A stretch of 64,000 nucleotides of DNA, from assembly GCA_965214775.1 (NCBI GenBank), contig OZ243974.1, positions 992,001 through 1,056,000 on the forward strand. The letters are read 5' to 3'. Shown here one piece after another: positions 30,642 to 42,651 of the stretch. The notes beneath the pieces are model-generated. The model saw only the letters and a program-made list of their open reading frames with translations. It did not search any database and was not told where the DNA came from. Positions within the stretch are counted from its first letter, which is position 1. Each line of letters begins with the position of its first letter. This DNA comes from Nitrosopumilus sp. GTDB taxonomy: Archaea; Thermoproteota; Nitrososphaeria; Nitrososphaerales; Nitrosopumilaceae. Position numbers and translations under genes: made by a program.

Positions 30642-30680
30642 AAAAAGAGTATGGATGCCGAGGATATGATCCCGGCACGG

Positions 30681-31040
30681 TCAGGGGCGCGGAACAAGCC
30701 TGTACTGGATGCCCTTTATCCCAAAGGCCACGATTATCACCACGGCCCCGCCTATCCGTATCGCGTTGAGGGCGATGCTTATCAGGCCCGTGACATCCTC
30801 TGAGAATATCGCGTTCTCCTGGCACTGCTCGTCCTCGCCTACCGCACAGAACGTGTTGATGTCGACCCCCATGAGGGGCACTATGATTGTCGGTGCTGCA
30901 ATGATGAATATCATCGCGACGAATGCCTTTTTTCCGAACCTGACAAGGTCTCCCTTGCTTTTTCCCTCGTCATCGTCTCCAAACATGATGTGTATGATGC
31001 CGTTTGATTTAAGGCGCAAAAACACGGTATGACGGGTCAC
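30681..31040 (-). CDS. Small membrane protein, TrbC/VirB2 pilin-like
   Basis: Two hydrophobic segments (KKAFVAMIFIIAAPTII; NAIRIGGAVVIIVAFGIKG). Confidence 0.5.
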   Translation of the reverse strand: MTRHTVFLRLKSNGIIHIMFGDDDEGKSKGDLVRFGKKAFVAMIFIIAAPTIIVPLMGVDINTFCAVGEDEQCQENAIFSEDVTGLISIALNAIRIGGAVVIIVAFGIKGIQYRLVPRP

Positions 31041-31312
31041 AGATCTACAAGCCTGTCGGCGGATTTACACAGGAATTATGGACGACCAAGTCAGAATTTA
31101 CACTCGGGATCCACACGCTTGGATTATTTTGGATATCCCAGTCAAAGATCCCCTGGGTATTTTTTAAAAAATTACCCAAAATTTGGCACATGCTTAAACA
31201 ATTCGCCACATGAGGTTTATAAAGCCAGAAGATCTAATTGAGGTAGGTAATGCGGGACGCATTATTAGAGGGCATGTTGAATGGGGGGTTCCTTGTTGCA
31301 TGCTCTTGACCC

Positions 31313-32029
31313 TTATTTTGGAAACACCCTGTAACCGCATCCTATTGTATTTCCAGAACTGTCAGTTTGAAACTTCCCATAAATCAGATTCCAATATCTT
31401 TCGAATTCATCCGGTGTTGAATGATGACGAAATGATGCGTATGCGACTGCATCTGCAATTTGAATTCCTTCAACTCCAGATGAATCAACAAAAACAGGGG
31501 GTTCTGCTTGCACTTTTCTTTGGTAGTCTGTTCCCAGTTCTCTTATATCTTTGATTACATCGGTAATATCTCTATGAAACCTGTTTGAACTCTTGTCAAT
31601 TTTTATGGTTCCGTTATTATTTTCACCCGATCTTTCTTCTAGGAGTTTGTCGAATCTTTCAATTAAAAACGCCCATGCAATAGTGAATGGTTTCCAAGAT
31701 GGGTGTTGGTGTCTTAGTGATCCTTTGTCAATTACCACGGAAACGGTGATGACATCCAAGTTAGATATGACATGATACAATTCATCTAACATGATTCGCT
31801 TTTTTGAAAGACTCAAGCTGGCAAAATCGCCTTTGCCCTTAAGGATGTCATGTGTATGAATTTCTGCATCTACATACTGATCGGTAAAATGTTTTAGTTT
31901 GTAATCATACGTAGATCTTTTGAGATCGTTGGCTTTGTCTTCCTCGACAATCACTCCTGATAAAACGAAGAAATTTGTATGATCGCTATGTCTCACGGAA
32001 CCGGATTCGTCCACATACATAATCGGCAT
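31313..32029 (-). CDS. DUF3800 family protein
   Basis: MYVDESG, FVLSGV, EIH, IQIADAVAY. Confidence 0.85.
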   Translation of the reverse strand: MPIMYVDESGSVRHSDHTNFFVLSGVIVEEDKANDLKRSTYDYKLKHFTDQYVDAEIHTHDILKGKGDFASLSLSKKRIMLDELYHVISNLDVITVSVVIDKGSLRHQHPSWKPFTIAWAFLIERFDKLLEERSGENNNGTIKIDKSSNRFHRDITDVIKDIRELGTDYQRKVQAEPPVFVDSSGVEGIQIADAVAYASFRHHSTPDEFERYWNLIYGKFQTDSSGNTIGCGYRVFPK

Positions 32030-32244
32030 GTAATTACTGCTTTTACATTCCTGTTATTAATGTCAGGTTATTTTGGAAAGGTGAACAAATCCATAAAACC
32101 ATGGTGGCGATTAAAGGCTCGTCAGCGCATATGGGCATGGAATATCGTCTGGATTAGGCGTGCAAAGGGAATAGAAATTCAGAAGTGTGCAGATTGAGTC
32201 AAGCAGGGGGAATTAGGCGACAACCTCGATCCGATGCATGCAGT

Positions 32245-33879
32245 CTATCTGGATCTCCTCACATCAAGCACCGCGTCCACCGCGGGCCGATCCTGGCCGT
32301 CGACCTCGATCCTGAGACTCTTCTGTCCCTCGGAGCGCGGCACGAACGTCATTCCCATGGTGCCGTCTGCGTCGGTCGTAATCGAGGCCTGCAACACATC
32401 GTCAACGTATGCGCGTGCAAGCCTGTTGCGCATGGGAACCCCGTGTATGTCGTATAGGGTCACCGTGATGCTCTTTGGAACCCCGAGCTCGGTTACGGAT
32501 ACGGTGTACGCGCCCTCCCGACGTGGCAGTGGTCCGGCCTCATATGGATCTGCAAATCCTGCCAGCCTGCTCTCGTATGCCTTCTTGCCGCCTGCCTGCG
32601 GCCGCACCATCCGGCCGTCACCCGTGATTATCCTTTGAATGGCCTCCCTGATGGCGCTGACCTCGTCGTCTTCGGCACCTGCCTGCCCGGTCTTTTTGCC
32701 ATGCGGCACCCTCTGTCTTTCTATCCTTATCTTCACGGGGTCTATCCCGTACAGCCGCGCCTGCCCCCTCCACATCTCAAGCAGCATCTCCTTTCTGTCC
32801 ACTGATCCCGCCTTCTCCTCCGCGCCGGGGACAAGGAACACCAGGCTGCGCCCGTAGGCATCCCTCATGTCCGATACGAGCTCGTCGGAAAGCCTGTGCT
32901 TGTTGGTCGTATACTTTGCCTCGATGTCGCCCTTGTGGCCCATGAAGAACTGGCGGTACGCGTGCGTCATCGCGCCCTTGCTTTCTGCAAGTAATAGCTG
33001 CGTGTCAAAGTACGCCCGCAGGACGTAGGGCCGCTCCTTGATAATCACTCCAAAGGCGTTTTTGATCCCCTTTGTAACCGTGATCGTTCTCAGGTGGGAC
33101 GTGTCATCGCTTGACTTTGTGCGGTACCCCTTTACGAACGTGATCACGGGCGAGTCGGGTCTTATCTTCTCGCCGCCTGCGATCCTCTCCCTGAGGTATC
33201 CCTGCAGGTACCTGCACCCTGCCTCGGGCAGGAACGTAAAGTACTGGTGTCCTGCCTTGCTCAGCGCCGGCCTTACCGTTATCCTGGCAGGCATCCGGGC
33301 AAATGAGATGTTCTGGCCGTCCACCTCCAGATCCGGGATGTCCCTTATGCGGAGGCCGTCCTCGCCGTGATGGTTGCCAAGCACCTGCGGCCGCACTCCG
33401 GCAAAGGCCATCATGGATATGGATACGCGCTCCCTTGCAGGCGCCGAGTCAAGCACGTCCTGGATTTTCTCGCGGGTCGGAATCTCCTCGTCTTCCAGCG
33501 TCACGGGAATGTCGGCGTTCTTGATCTTTATCCTCCGGACAAGCTTGACATAGTTGAATGCAAGCCAGGAGCGCAGCGCCTTGAGGATATCCTCGATGTA
33601 TGAGGGCGCATACTTTTTGCCCTCAAGAAGCGATACGTAATCCATCAGCATGTCCTCTACTTTCCTTACGTCGTCGACTCCGGCCTGCGCAAAGTCCCTG
33701 GGAGTGGTGTTTGTCCTCTCGCAGTACACGCCGAGCCTTCGCAGCCTTACCTCGGCTGTCGCCACGCTGCCCCTTGCGGTATTGTCGCACCATCTCTTGA
33801 CGTTGGGATCCTCAAGCAACTTTCTGTGACGTCCCCACGCCTTTTTTACGGTATCACTCATGATCTCTCCATTTTGCAA
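32245..33879 (-). CDS. Archaeal tyrosine integrase with C-terminal extension
   Basis: GVRPQVLG (R), SKAGH (K), YVLRAYF, FMGH, AKY catalytic set. Confidence 0.88.
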   Translation of the reverse strand: MQNGEIMSDTVKKAWGRHRKLLEDPNVKRWCDNTARGSVATAEVRLRRLGVYCERTNTTPRDFAQAGVDDVRKVEDMLMDYVSLLEGKKYAPSYIEDILKALRSWLAFNYVKLVRRIKIKNADIPVTLEDEEIPTREKIQDVLDSAPARERVSISMMAFAGVRPQVLGNHHGEDGLRIRDIPDLEVDGQNISFARMPARITVRPALSKAGHQYFTFLPEAGCRYLQGYLRERIAGGEKIRPDSPVITFVKGYRTKSSDDTSHLRTITVTKGIKNAFGVIIKERPYVLRAYFDTQLLLAESKGAMTHAYRQFFMGHKGDIEAKYTTNKHRLSDELVSDMRDAYGRSLVFLVPGAEEKAGSVDRKEMLLEMWRGQARLYGIDPVKIRIERQRVPHGKKTGQAGAEDDEVSAIREAIQRIITGDGRMVRPQAGGKKAYESRLAGFADPYEAGPLPRREGAYTVSVTELGVPKSITVTLYDIHGVPMRNRLARAYVDDVLQASITTDADGTMGMTFVPRSEGQKSLRIEVDGQDRPAVDAVLDVRRSR

Positions 33880-33918
33880 CGGATTTTTTCGGTTTAAGGG
33901 GGGATTTCATCGCTTGAG

Positions 33919-34150
33919 ATGGGTGGACCGGAGCGCTTCCACAGGAGTATCGAGGAGGAGATATGGAACCACGAGAGCCTGTCTGCATATATCGGCTACA
34001 ACGAGGACATGCTGCACTGGTCGCTGGATATAGACAATTACGAGACGCCTCTGCGGGTATTCTGTGACAGGAAGGCCACGGATGCGATCAGAAAAAGTAA
34101 CCCAAAATGGATGGAGGATACCGGTGATGATGTGACATATTTTTCATATA
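33919..34150 (+). pseudogene. IS481 transposase 3' fragment
   Basis: ERFHRSIEEEI...YNE..LHWSLDID..ETP...KSNPKWM matches 25650-25855. Confidence 0.8.
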
Positions 34151-34151
34151 A

Positions 34152-34233
34152 TAGACCTTATGCGTAATCGGTTCAGATCTAGGATTGTTACGAACAAATT
34201 CATCTCAATCAGGTTGACTACGCATAAGGTCTA
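34152..34233. mobile_element. MITE family C
   Basis: TAGACCTTATGCGTA...TACGCATAAGGTCTA. Confidence 0.85.
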
Positions 34234-34296
34234 TTGTGAACTTGTCGAAAAACAAGAAACTGAGATCATCAATGCCATATCAAAAATTGGCGGGTA

Positions 34297-35031
34297 ATGG
34301 TGATTTGGACACCTGAGAAACGATTCGAAACCAGCAGACTCGGATCATGCACAAACGAACTTACGTCAAATCGATTAAAATGCCTGCAAATGACAAGTAT
34401 CTGCAAAATTACTTGGCAATGTATAAAAAATCCGGGCATTTGTACGGTCTCTGATCTCGAATCATGTCTCTGCGAACCAGCGTCGCATACGTTACCGTGC
34501 ATATGGGAGCCTTTGAAACGGAACAATTTTTACAAAGCTGGTGCAAGCACTGCCGTGATCGACGAGCTTCACAATCTGCAGATACTCGACTACTTTGAGG
34601 CCGCCATAAAGGGGTTCATAGTGGAGAGGTTTGCTGGCACGGACAAGTGGTGGGACCGGCATGTTCCCCCGGAGGTGCGCGAGGAGGCGTTGCAAAGACA
34701 CGCAGCCGCAAAAAAGCTCAATGACCTGCTGAACAAGCCGGAGTATGGCCCGGTCGAGTACCTGAACTTTGACGGCTATGAAAAGATAATATCCAGAAAG
34801 GACAACTGGAGGAGTCACTTTGAACCCGTCTTTCTTGACAAGACGGTATTCGTGTACAAGATGCGGATCATACAGTCGCTGAGAAATGACATACGGCACG
34901 GAAGGGATCTCGACCCAGTAAACTGGATCCGGCTAAAGCTTCACTGCTATGACATACTGGCACAGGTATACGAGTCGGGGTACGGGGGCGCAGACGATCA
35001 TAATACGCTGATGAAGAAGTTCGGGTTTTGA
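34297..35031 (+). CDS. Swt1-like HEPN domain protein (start uncertain, probably 5'-truncated)
   Basis: KWWDRHVP, YLNF..YEKII...NW..F..VF, and RNDIRH (Rx4H) motif. Confidence 0.78.
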   Translation: MVIWTPEKRFETSRLGSCTNELTSNRLKCLQMTSICKITWQCIKNPGICTVSDLESCLCEPASHTLPCIWEPLKRNNFYKAGASTAVIDELHNLQILDYFEAAIKGFIVERFAGTDKWWDRHVPPEVREEALQRHAAAKKLNDLLNKPEYGPVEYLNFDGYEKIISRKDNWRSHFEPVFLDKTVFVYKMRIIQSLRNDIRHGRDLDPVNWIRLKLHCYDILAQVYESGYGGADDHNTLMKKFGF

Positions 35032-35055
35032 GGCGCCGGACGGCGGCGCAGATGC

Positions 35056-35142
35056 AATGCGTACAGTTGAAATCTGAACATTTTTTATCGAAACAGGCGC
35101 GATATGTCAATTATGATTCGTTTTTTTTTTTGACGTGTACAT
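35056..35142. mobile_element. MITE family D
   Basis: Homologous to 12131, 20189 and 54821. Confidence 0.75.
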
Positions 35143-35350
35143 GTGGGCAGATCTTGGCCTCCTGGCTGCTGCCTGTTCTGGCAGATGGCGCCTCCTGGCT
35201 GCATCCCATCGGCAATCCGTCACTGCCGTGAATCTTATGAAAACGTGTTTTGTATTGATGCAAACAAACGGCTCCAGACGATCATGGAAATTTGCCCGGA
35301 TTGCCGGTTTTGGGATAAGTTGATTATAAACGTACTTTAAAGAATCCAAT

Positions 35351-35890
35351 ATGCGCGCCTTTGTTGCCATAGAAGTTGCCAATCAGCAAGTAATCGATTC
35401 AATTAAAAAGTTTCAGTCAGAGTTAAACATCAATGCAAGGCCGGTCGAACCAAAAAATTTTCACTTTACACTAGAGTTTTTAGGAGAGATTTCCGAGGAA
35501 ATGGCCCAAAGGGTTATTTCAGAATTAAGGACAGTTGAGTTCTCTAGTTTTGCAGTGGTCCTGAAAGGGGCAGGAGCTTTTCCAAAACCAGAATTTCCAA
35601 GGACAGTATGGATTGGAACCGAGGAATCAGGCCGAAGATCAATGACGGATCTGGCCAAAAAGGTGGAAGATGCGTTGGAGCCTCTGGGATTTTCATCAGA
35701 CAAACCGTTCAGACCACATTTGACAGTCTTTAGAATTAAAAAGAAGATCGGGGACATAACGGAGGAATTGAAAGAAAAGAGAGCCACAGATTTTGGAAAG
35801 ATGACAGTTGCAGGAATCAAATTAAAAAAAAGCGAATTGACTCCCGGTGGTCCAAACTATTCAGATTTGCTGGAGGTCAAAGCAGTTTGA
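35351..35890 (+). CDS. thpR: RNA 2',3'-cyclic phosphodiesterase
   Basis: MRAFVAI; two HxT motifs (HFTL, PHLT). Confidence 0.93.
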   Translation: MRAFVAIEVANQQVIDSIKKFQSELNINARPVEPKNFHFTLEFLGEISEEMAQRVISELRTVEFSSFAVVLKGAGAFPKPEFPRTVWIGTEESGRRSMTDLAKKVEDALEPLGFSSDKPFRPHLTVFRIKKKIGDITEELKEKRATDFGKMTVAGIKLKKSELTPGGPNYSDLLEVKAV

Positions 35891-37221
35891 GGAAGATAGT
35901 ATTGCAGGCTGGCAAAACCGTAGTTCCGTCAAAATCCCAGACAAAATCAAAAGATCTCATTGCCAAGACTGCCTTCAAGCTTGTCAAAGAGAAGGCTGAA
36001 GAATTTCCCAAAGCGGTTTTAGGAATTGAATACGGGGGCTCGTATGCAAAGGGCACATGGCTTGCAGAGGATGCAGACATTGATATTTTCATCAGATTTA
36101 AAAAATCCACGCCAGAAGAAAAATTTGAAAAGGTTTCAAGAAAGATTGGGTTTGAGGCACTAGGGGAGTTTTCCCCATGCGTGAGATACTCTGAGCACCC
36201 ATACGTCGAGGCCAACATAAGAGATACCAAAATCAACGTGGTTCCATTCTATGATGTCAAGGTCGGACAGTGGAAAAGTTCTGCCGATAGAACGCCGTTT
36301 CATACAAGATTCATGAAAAAATCTTTGACTTTGAAGATGCAAAACGAGGTGAGGATTTTAAAGCAATTTTTCAAATCAAACGGAATTTATGGTGCCGAAA
36401 TCGCAAAGCAGGGCTTCAGCGGATATCTTTCGGAGGTCTTAATCCTGAATTACAAGACGTTTGAAAATGTCATCAAACAGATCTCAGAGATCAGGGAAAA
36501 CCAGGTTATTGGAAAGACCACAAAAAAATTTGACACCCCCATCGTCATCATAGATCCTGTCGACAGGAACAGGAATCTGGCTGCTGCAGTTTCTGAAGAG
36601 AACGTTGGAAGGTTTGTCCTGATTGCGCGCGCCTTTCAAGAAAAGCCTTCGTTGAAATTTTTCAGAGTCAGAAAGACCGCAATAACCAAAAAACATTGGA
36701 ATAATGTCCTGATAGTAAAATTTGCTTACAAGGAAAGGAGTCCCGATGTAATTTGGGGGCAAATCAACCGGGTAAAGGCCACGTTGGCCACCCAGCTGGA
36801 TCTTGCAGGATTTCACGTGGTAAGAAGCGGTTCGTTCTCCAATCAAAAAAGTGACGCCTTTTTGTTTTTCCTGTTAGAGAGGACAGAAATCTCAGAAACA
36901 TATCAGAAAGACGGGCCCGAATACTTTAGAAAAGACAGTGCAAGGGGCTTCATTTCAAAGAATCTGTCTAACACCGAACTGATGTGGGTCAGAAAGGACA
37001 GGAAGATAGTTTCGTTGGAAAAGAGAAAGTTTACCGGCGCAGAAAAATTTTTGGAAGATTTCCTGAAAAACAATCTTCAGACAGGCATCCCAAAGGGCCT
37101 TCAGAGCGATCTTGGGCGGGGATTTGAGATATCTACAGGAAGAAAGGGCTTTGACAAATCAATTAAAGAGGCAATCAATGAGATGATCTCGACTGATGGC
37201 GCAATCCTTTATTTCAATTAA
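35887..37221 (+). CDS. cca: CCA-adding enzyme (class I)
   Basis: GSYAKGTWL, DIDIF, EHPY, DRTPFH, GFSGYL, DPVD..RN. Confidence 0.95.
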   Translation: MRKIVLQAGKTVVPSKSQTKSKDLIAKTAFKLVKEKAEEFPKAVLGIEYGGSYAKGTWLAEDADIDIFIRFKKSTPEEKFEKVSRKIGFEALGEFSPCVRYSEHPYVEANIRDTKINVVPFYDVKVGQWKSSADRTPFHTRFMKKSLTLKMQNEVRILKQFFKSNGIYGAEIAKQGFSGYLSEVLILNYKTFENVIKQISEIRENQVIGKTTKKFDTPIVIIDPVDRNRNLAAAVSEENVGRFVLIARAFQEKPSLKFFRVRKTAITKKHWNNVLIVKFAYKERSPDVIWGQINRVKATLATQLDLAGFHVVRSGSFSNQKSDAFLFFLLERTEISETYQKDGPEYFRKDSARGFISKNLSNTELMWVRKDRKIVSLEKRKFTGAEKFLEDFLKNNLQTGIPKGLQSDLGRGFEISTGRKGFDKSIKEAINEMISTDGAILYFN

Positions 37222-37957
37222 GAGATTTGTCAGCGAGCCATACTCTGATATTCTCGGATACCCAAAAGCTACGTCACGCCAGCTAAGGTCTAGAATTGCA
37301 GAGTTGGAAAAACTGAAAATAAAATCAATCTCTTTGGCAGGCCCCACAGCAATCGGCAAGACCGCAGTTCTTGGCAAGGGATACGCCGGAGTGGTAGTGC
37401 TTGCCAAAAGGGGAGGCAGGCAGGTTGCCCTAAAGATCAGAAGGACGGATTCGCAAAGGAATGAAATGGGGCAGGAGGCTGAATTTTTGAAGCTGGCAAA
37501 CACTGTCGGGGTTGGCCCAAGAATGATTGACTCTAGCAGAAATTTTCTCGTAATGGAGTATCTAGACGGGATAAAGATTAGCGAGTGGACAAGGCAGTTG
37601 TCAGGCGTTGGCATGTCTAAAAAGCTAAAAGCCGCAATCAGGAAAATTTTGGAGGACTGCTACAGGCTGGACATGCTGGGTTTGGATCACGGGGAACTGA
37701 GCAATATTTCAAAGCACGTCATTGTCGGAGATTCAAAGACGTCGCTGATTGATTTTGAAAGCTCAAGTATCGGGCGCAGGCCGTCAAATGTCACCTCAGC
37801 AACCCAGGCAATCTATATCGGCTCGGGAATTGCAAAAAACGTTCAAAAAATTTACAAAAACCCTCCAAAGAATGACATCATCCAAGCCTTGAAAAGTTAC
37901 AAGAAAGAAAAAACGGCGGAAAGTTTCGTAAATTTGCTAAAAATTCTGAAATTATGA
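37196..37957 (+). CDS. RIO-like Ser/Thr protein kinase
   Basis: LGKGYAGVV, VALK, HGELS, IDFES. Confidence 0.88.
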   Translation: MAQSFISIKRFVSEPYSDILGYPKATSRQLRSRIAELEKLKIKSISLAGPTAIGKTAVLGKGYAGVVVLAKRGGRQVALKIRRTDSQRNEMGQEAEFLKLANTVGVGPRMIDSSRNFLVMEYLDGIKISEWTRQLSGVGMSKKLKAAIRKILEDCYRLDMLGLDHGELSNISKHVIVGDSKTSLIDFESSSIGRRPSNVTSATQAIYIGSGIAKNVQKIYKNPPKNDIIQALKSYKKEKTAESFVNLLKILKL

Positions 37958-38031
37958 TGGGATTGGCAGGATTTGAACCTGCGACCACTAGTCCCCCAGA
38001 CTAGTATCATACCAAGCTAGACGACAATCCC
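37958..38031 (-). tRNA. tRNA-Pro(GGG)
   Basis: Reverse complement GGGATTGTCGTCTAGCTTGGTATGATACTAGTCTGGGGGACTAGTGGTCGCAGGTTCAAATCCTGCCAATCCCA folds into a cloverleaf. Confidence 0.95.
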
Positions 38032-38390
38032 TGTGACAGAAAAAGAGGTTTAAATTATTAAATCGTTGTATTCTGAACTTGGGATGTGAAAATTTGTAAT
38101 GTTTGTCACAAGATTTCTGCAGTAGACCGGGATCATGCTGATTGCACGGTTCCAGTTTACAAAGCGGCATCTTGCACACGTGAATATCCGGAACAGGGTG
38201 TGCCAGACGGGAACGATGACCGGGGTAACGAGGTGTCAAGGCTGTAAAAGTGAACGGGCATCTATCACGTTTACTACGTCATGGCCTGTCGCCTCCCGGG
38301 AGGACAATGTTATGTGGAGGACAATGGACGCGCTGGCAGGAAACCCCCTCTAGTGACTATCTCATCAGCCCCCAGCCAATAGCTTGTATT

Positions 38391-38643
38391 TATACCAACG
38401 AGATAATCCAGTCGTAAGAGTTTACCCCTCAGGCGACACTGCTGGCCGGGGCCTTCATGGTCACGCCTGTCACGTCGTATCTTGAGGGAGGGGTAAACTC
38501 TTACGAGTCAAAGTAGGTCTAACTGCACGTAAAAAACCTCAATTATTTCTGCTCGTTTCTATAGCATGCGGATCTGCAGGTGACCTAAACTGAATTGCAT
38601 CAAATTTGGAGCCATCTTACGGGGAACTTCTGGGAAGACTGTC
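38391..38643. mobile_element. MITE cluster: family A (38414-38504) nested in family B, followed by family E
   Basis: A TIR GTAAGAGTTTACCCCTC; B halves TATACCAACGAG and TTCTGCTCGTTTCTATAG; E core GCGGATCTGCAG. Confidence 0.75.
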
Positions 38644-38739
38644 TTGAGCCATTGGATTTTATTGACTAGGTGATCTCAAAGTAGCTGATATCACAATGCC
38701 CACACCCAGAAAAACTCCTCCATGCCGTCATAAATCACC

Positions 38740-39200
38740 GTCAAATGTTGCGGCCAAGTGGTATTGCGTCACGCGGATCCTCGGGCTCGTGAGCTCTGCA
38801 GGCAGCGCGTGCCTGATGTGCAGCTTGCACCGGTTTCCGACATCGCTGCTGTATGCATCGTCCTCCCAGAACAGGGGCCTGTCCCTGTCGGCCATGACTG
38901 CCTCTGTAAAGCGCTCCAGTATGGTATCCTAAATGACTCTCTTGTGCACCCCGTGACGCTGCAAAGGTGCACCGGGTCGCCGATTATGCCATCTGCAAGC
39001 TCGATTGCGTGCATCTGCAGTGCCCGGTCGCCGCGCATGATTCTTTCTGTCTTGTTTTCTTCGGACTGCCACAGTGAGCCCTCAAACGCAAGCCTGCTCT
39101 TTAGCTGCTCGCTTTGCTTGGAGAACTGTCTGCTTTGTTCTACCAGACTCTTGTTTTGCTCTTGCAGTGTTTGGACAAGCTCGACATCTGAACCCATATC
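38740..39200 (-). pseudogene. Degenerate IS5/DDE_Tnp_4-like transposase N-terminus
   Basis: LCSVTGCTRESF and, in another frame, GNRCKLHIRHAL...RVTQYHLAATF resemble the HTH of the 24107 transposase. Confidence 0.5.
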
Positions 39201-39710
39201 GTCAGATAACCATTGTTGATCTTTAGGGTTGTAGGTATGCAAACCATGATCTGCTGTGTTATATTTTTAGATCAGATGTGCCAATTACGCAAAATCTATT
39301 ACGTGTGGAAGGCAAACCGTGAATGTATGCTTTAGAATTGACCCGGAATCATTTAATGTCAAAAACAATGAAATTCGGATGATCAGGGGATTTTTCTATC
39401 CGCAGTCCACTGAAAGAAGAATTCAATTAACAAATGAAAACATTTTGCCATATATGGTCCTAGGGCAAGACAGCATATTCAGAAGATTCAGCATAAGATT
39501 CATGGAAAGACAGCTAAGTGAAAAGTACCTTGAAATCGAGCAAAAACAGAAACTGGGCAGGAGGCACGGCGCCTCAATAGCAAGGCAAAACAACAAATCT
39601 CGTTTACTTTTCACTTAGCTGAAAGAGCAGAAAAAATTATACTAAAGAGTCTAAAACTGCCTGAAATTCGTTATCTGTAATTTGCCGTGTTGCATAACTG
39701 AGCAGCCCTG

Positions 39711-39847
39711 AGAGGTGATCCGAAATTAAAAGCCGTACGAATTTTTCAAGTAATTTCACAGATAACCTGTATTTTGTTGATGTTTTGAGCTGTCTTGTGC
39801 AAATTCATTCACAAATAATCAGAGTCTGCTAATTTCGAATCAACTCT
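39711..39847. mobile_element. 137-bp MITE derived from the IS5 element at 24018
   Basis: Same TIRs (AGAGGTGATCCGAAATTA / TAATTTCGAATCAACTCT); 3-bp TSD CTG. Confidence 0.9.
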
Positions 39848-40401
39848 CTGCAGACGGCTTGCTGCAGGTTCTACGGCAGGGCCAACACGGACTCGTTTGT
39901 AGACTCTTTCGGTGCTTCAAGACAGGCATGACCGGGTGCTGCTGCTCTTCGTTGACAACGCGGCATGCCACAAGCCAGAGGCCGATGATTGAGAGGTTGG
40001 TAGGATATGACGGTAACGTGACAATCAAATACACTCACATACATGCCGGAGTCCAGTCCCGTAGAGGCGCAGTGACACATGATCAAAAGGGCCACGAGCA
40101 AACAAACATGATAGTGGTTGGAGACAGTAGTACGGCAGTACGGCAGGGGCATCCAAAATGAGCGCTTGGCTGACACAGCAACGACATTCAAAGAAGAAGA
40201 ATGGAGGAGCTTGAGATGAATAAACAAAAGGTAGTCCTTAAGAAAAAGGTTCTGTGTAAGATTGGTGACCTAGAATGTGGACGCTTCCGAGATCGGCTTG
40301 ATAAGACAGGAGTATTCTAGGTTATGTGCAATCTTCGACACCTGGAATACGGATCTTCTCCGGATTGGAACGGTGGCGTTCTGGACACGATGCGTTATGT
40401 T

Positions 40402-41483
40402 CTATTTTTTTGCCGATTTTTCACGATGGCATCCCTTACAAAGCATCTGACAGTTTTCTGCGGTTGTTCTTCCGCCCTCGACCCAAGGTATAATGTGATC
40501 TGCCTCCATCTCAGATATGGCAAAACGTTTGCCACAATGCTTACAACTACCATTCTGTAATGTGCAGGCTTTCTGCTTCATATCTTCCGTAAATGCACGG
40601 ATTGAGAGGTTTCTTTCATCCCGTGTGAGGATATACGGATAAATCCCACTCTTCTTGGTAACATCGTCATCCAGAATCAATCTTTGTGTCTCATCCTCAA
40701 TCTCATCGGTGTCCAGCTGAGCATCCTTGTATCTATCATACAGGGCCCCCCAATCTACACTTTTCATATAACTTCTTTTTATCTTGAAGGTAGTTTTGAC
40801 CCAGTTGATCACAGCTTGGAAATAATTCCACAGTATGTTGGCATTCTGATCATCCTGATGTTTTCCCATGTACTCTTCTATTTCATCCTTTGAAATCCAT
40901 CTTATGGCAGTCTCAAGGTATTCCTGACGTATGGGAGTACCGCTCATATAATCACTGGCAAGTTCATAGGCAGCACACCCTCTTTTGCTGAAGTAGCGCT
41001 TGGCATCAGAGACCCACGTTCCGGAATAAACGGCGTTTCTAAGCTCCTGTGGTGTGAGTTCTTCTCCTGCAATGTTGATTGTCTTGAACCACTGCAATCT
41101 CTCACTATCTGTTCCACTGCACAGGTAAATCATCAACTCGTAATCAAGGATTTCTTTCTGCTGATCATCCGGCAAATTATGAAAAAAGAGTGACTTGTAT
41201 GAAAAGTGCTTACTGACATACTGGCAGACAGAAATGGTTCTTTGTTGCCCGTCAATTATCTCAAAGTTTCCATCATCACGTACAGACCAGTACATGACGT
41301 TCAGTGGGAATCTCTTTGTGACGGTATCGATTACAGCGTCGCGTTGCGCATCTTTGTAAATGAACTCGCGCTGGTAAGGTGGCCGGATATCTAGCTTGCC
41401 CCCATAGCCCTTGACCCCATTCTCCGCGTTGTCTACATAGCCCTTAGACAGCTCCCTGATGGTAATTTTTTTGAGTTCTATGT

Positions 41484-41487
<4 letters not shown>
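40402..41487 (-). CDS. DUF262 (ParB-like/GmrS) + HNH endonuclease
   Basis: RPPYQREF, IIDGQQRT, FKTIN; C-terminal CKHC...ADHIIPW..GG.T..NCQMLC..CH. Confidence 0.9.
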
Positions 41488-42651
<1,164 letters not shown>

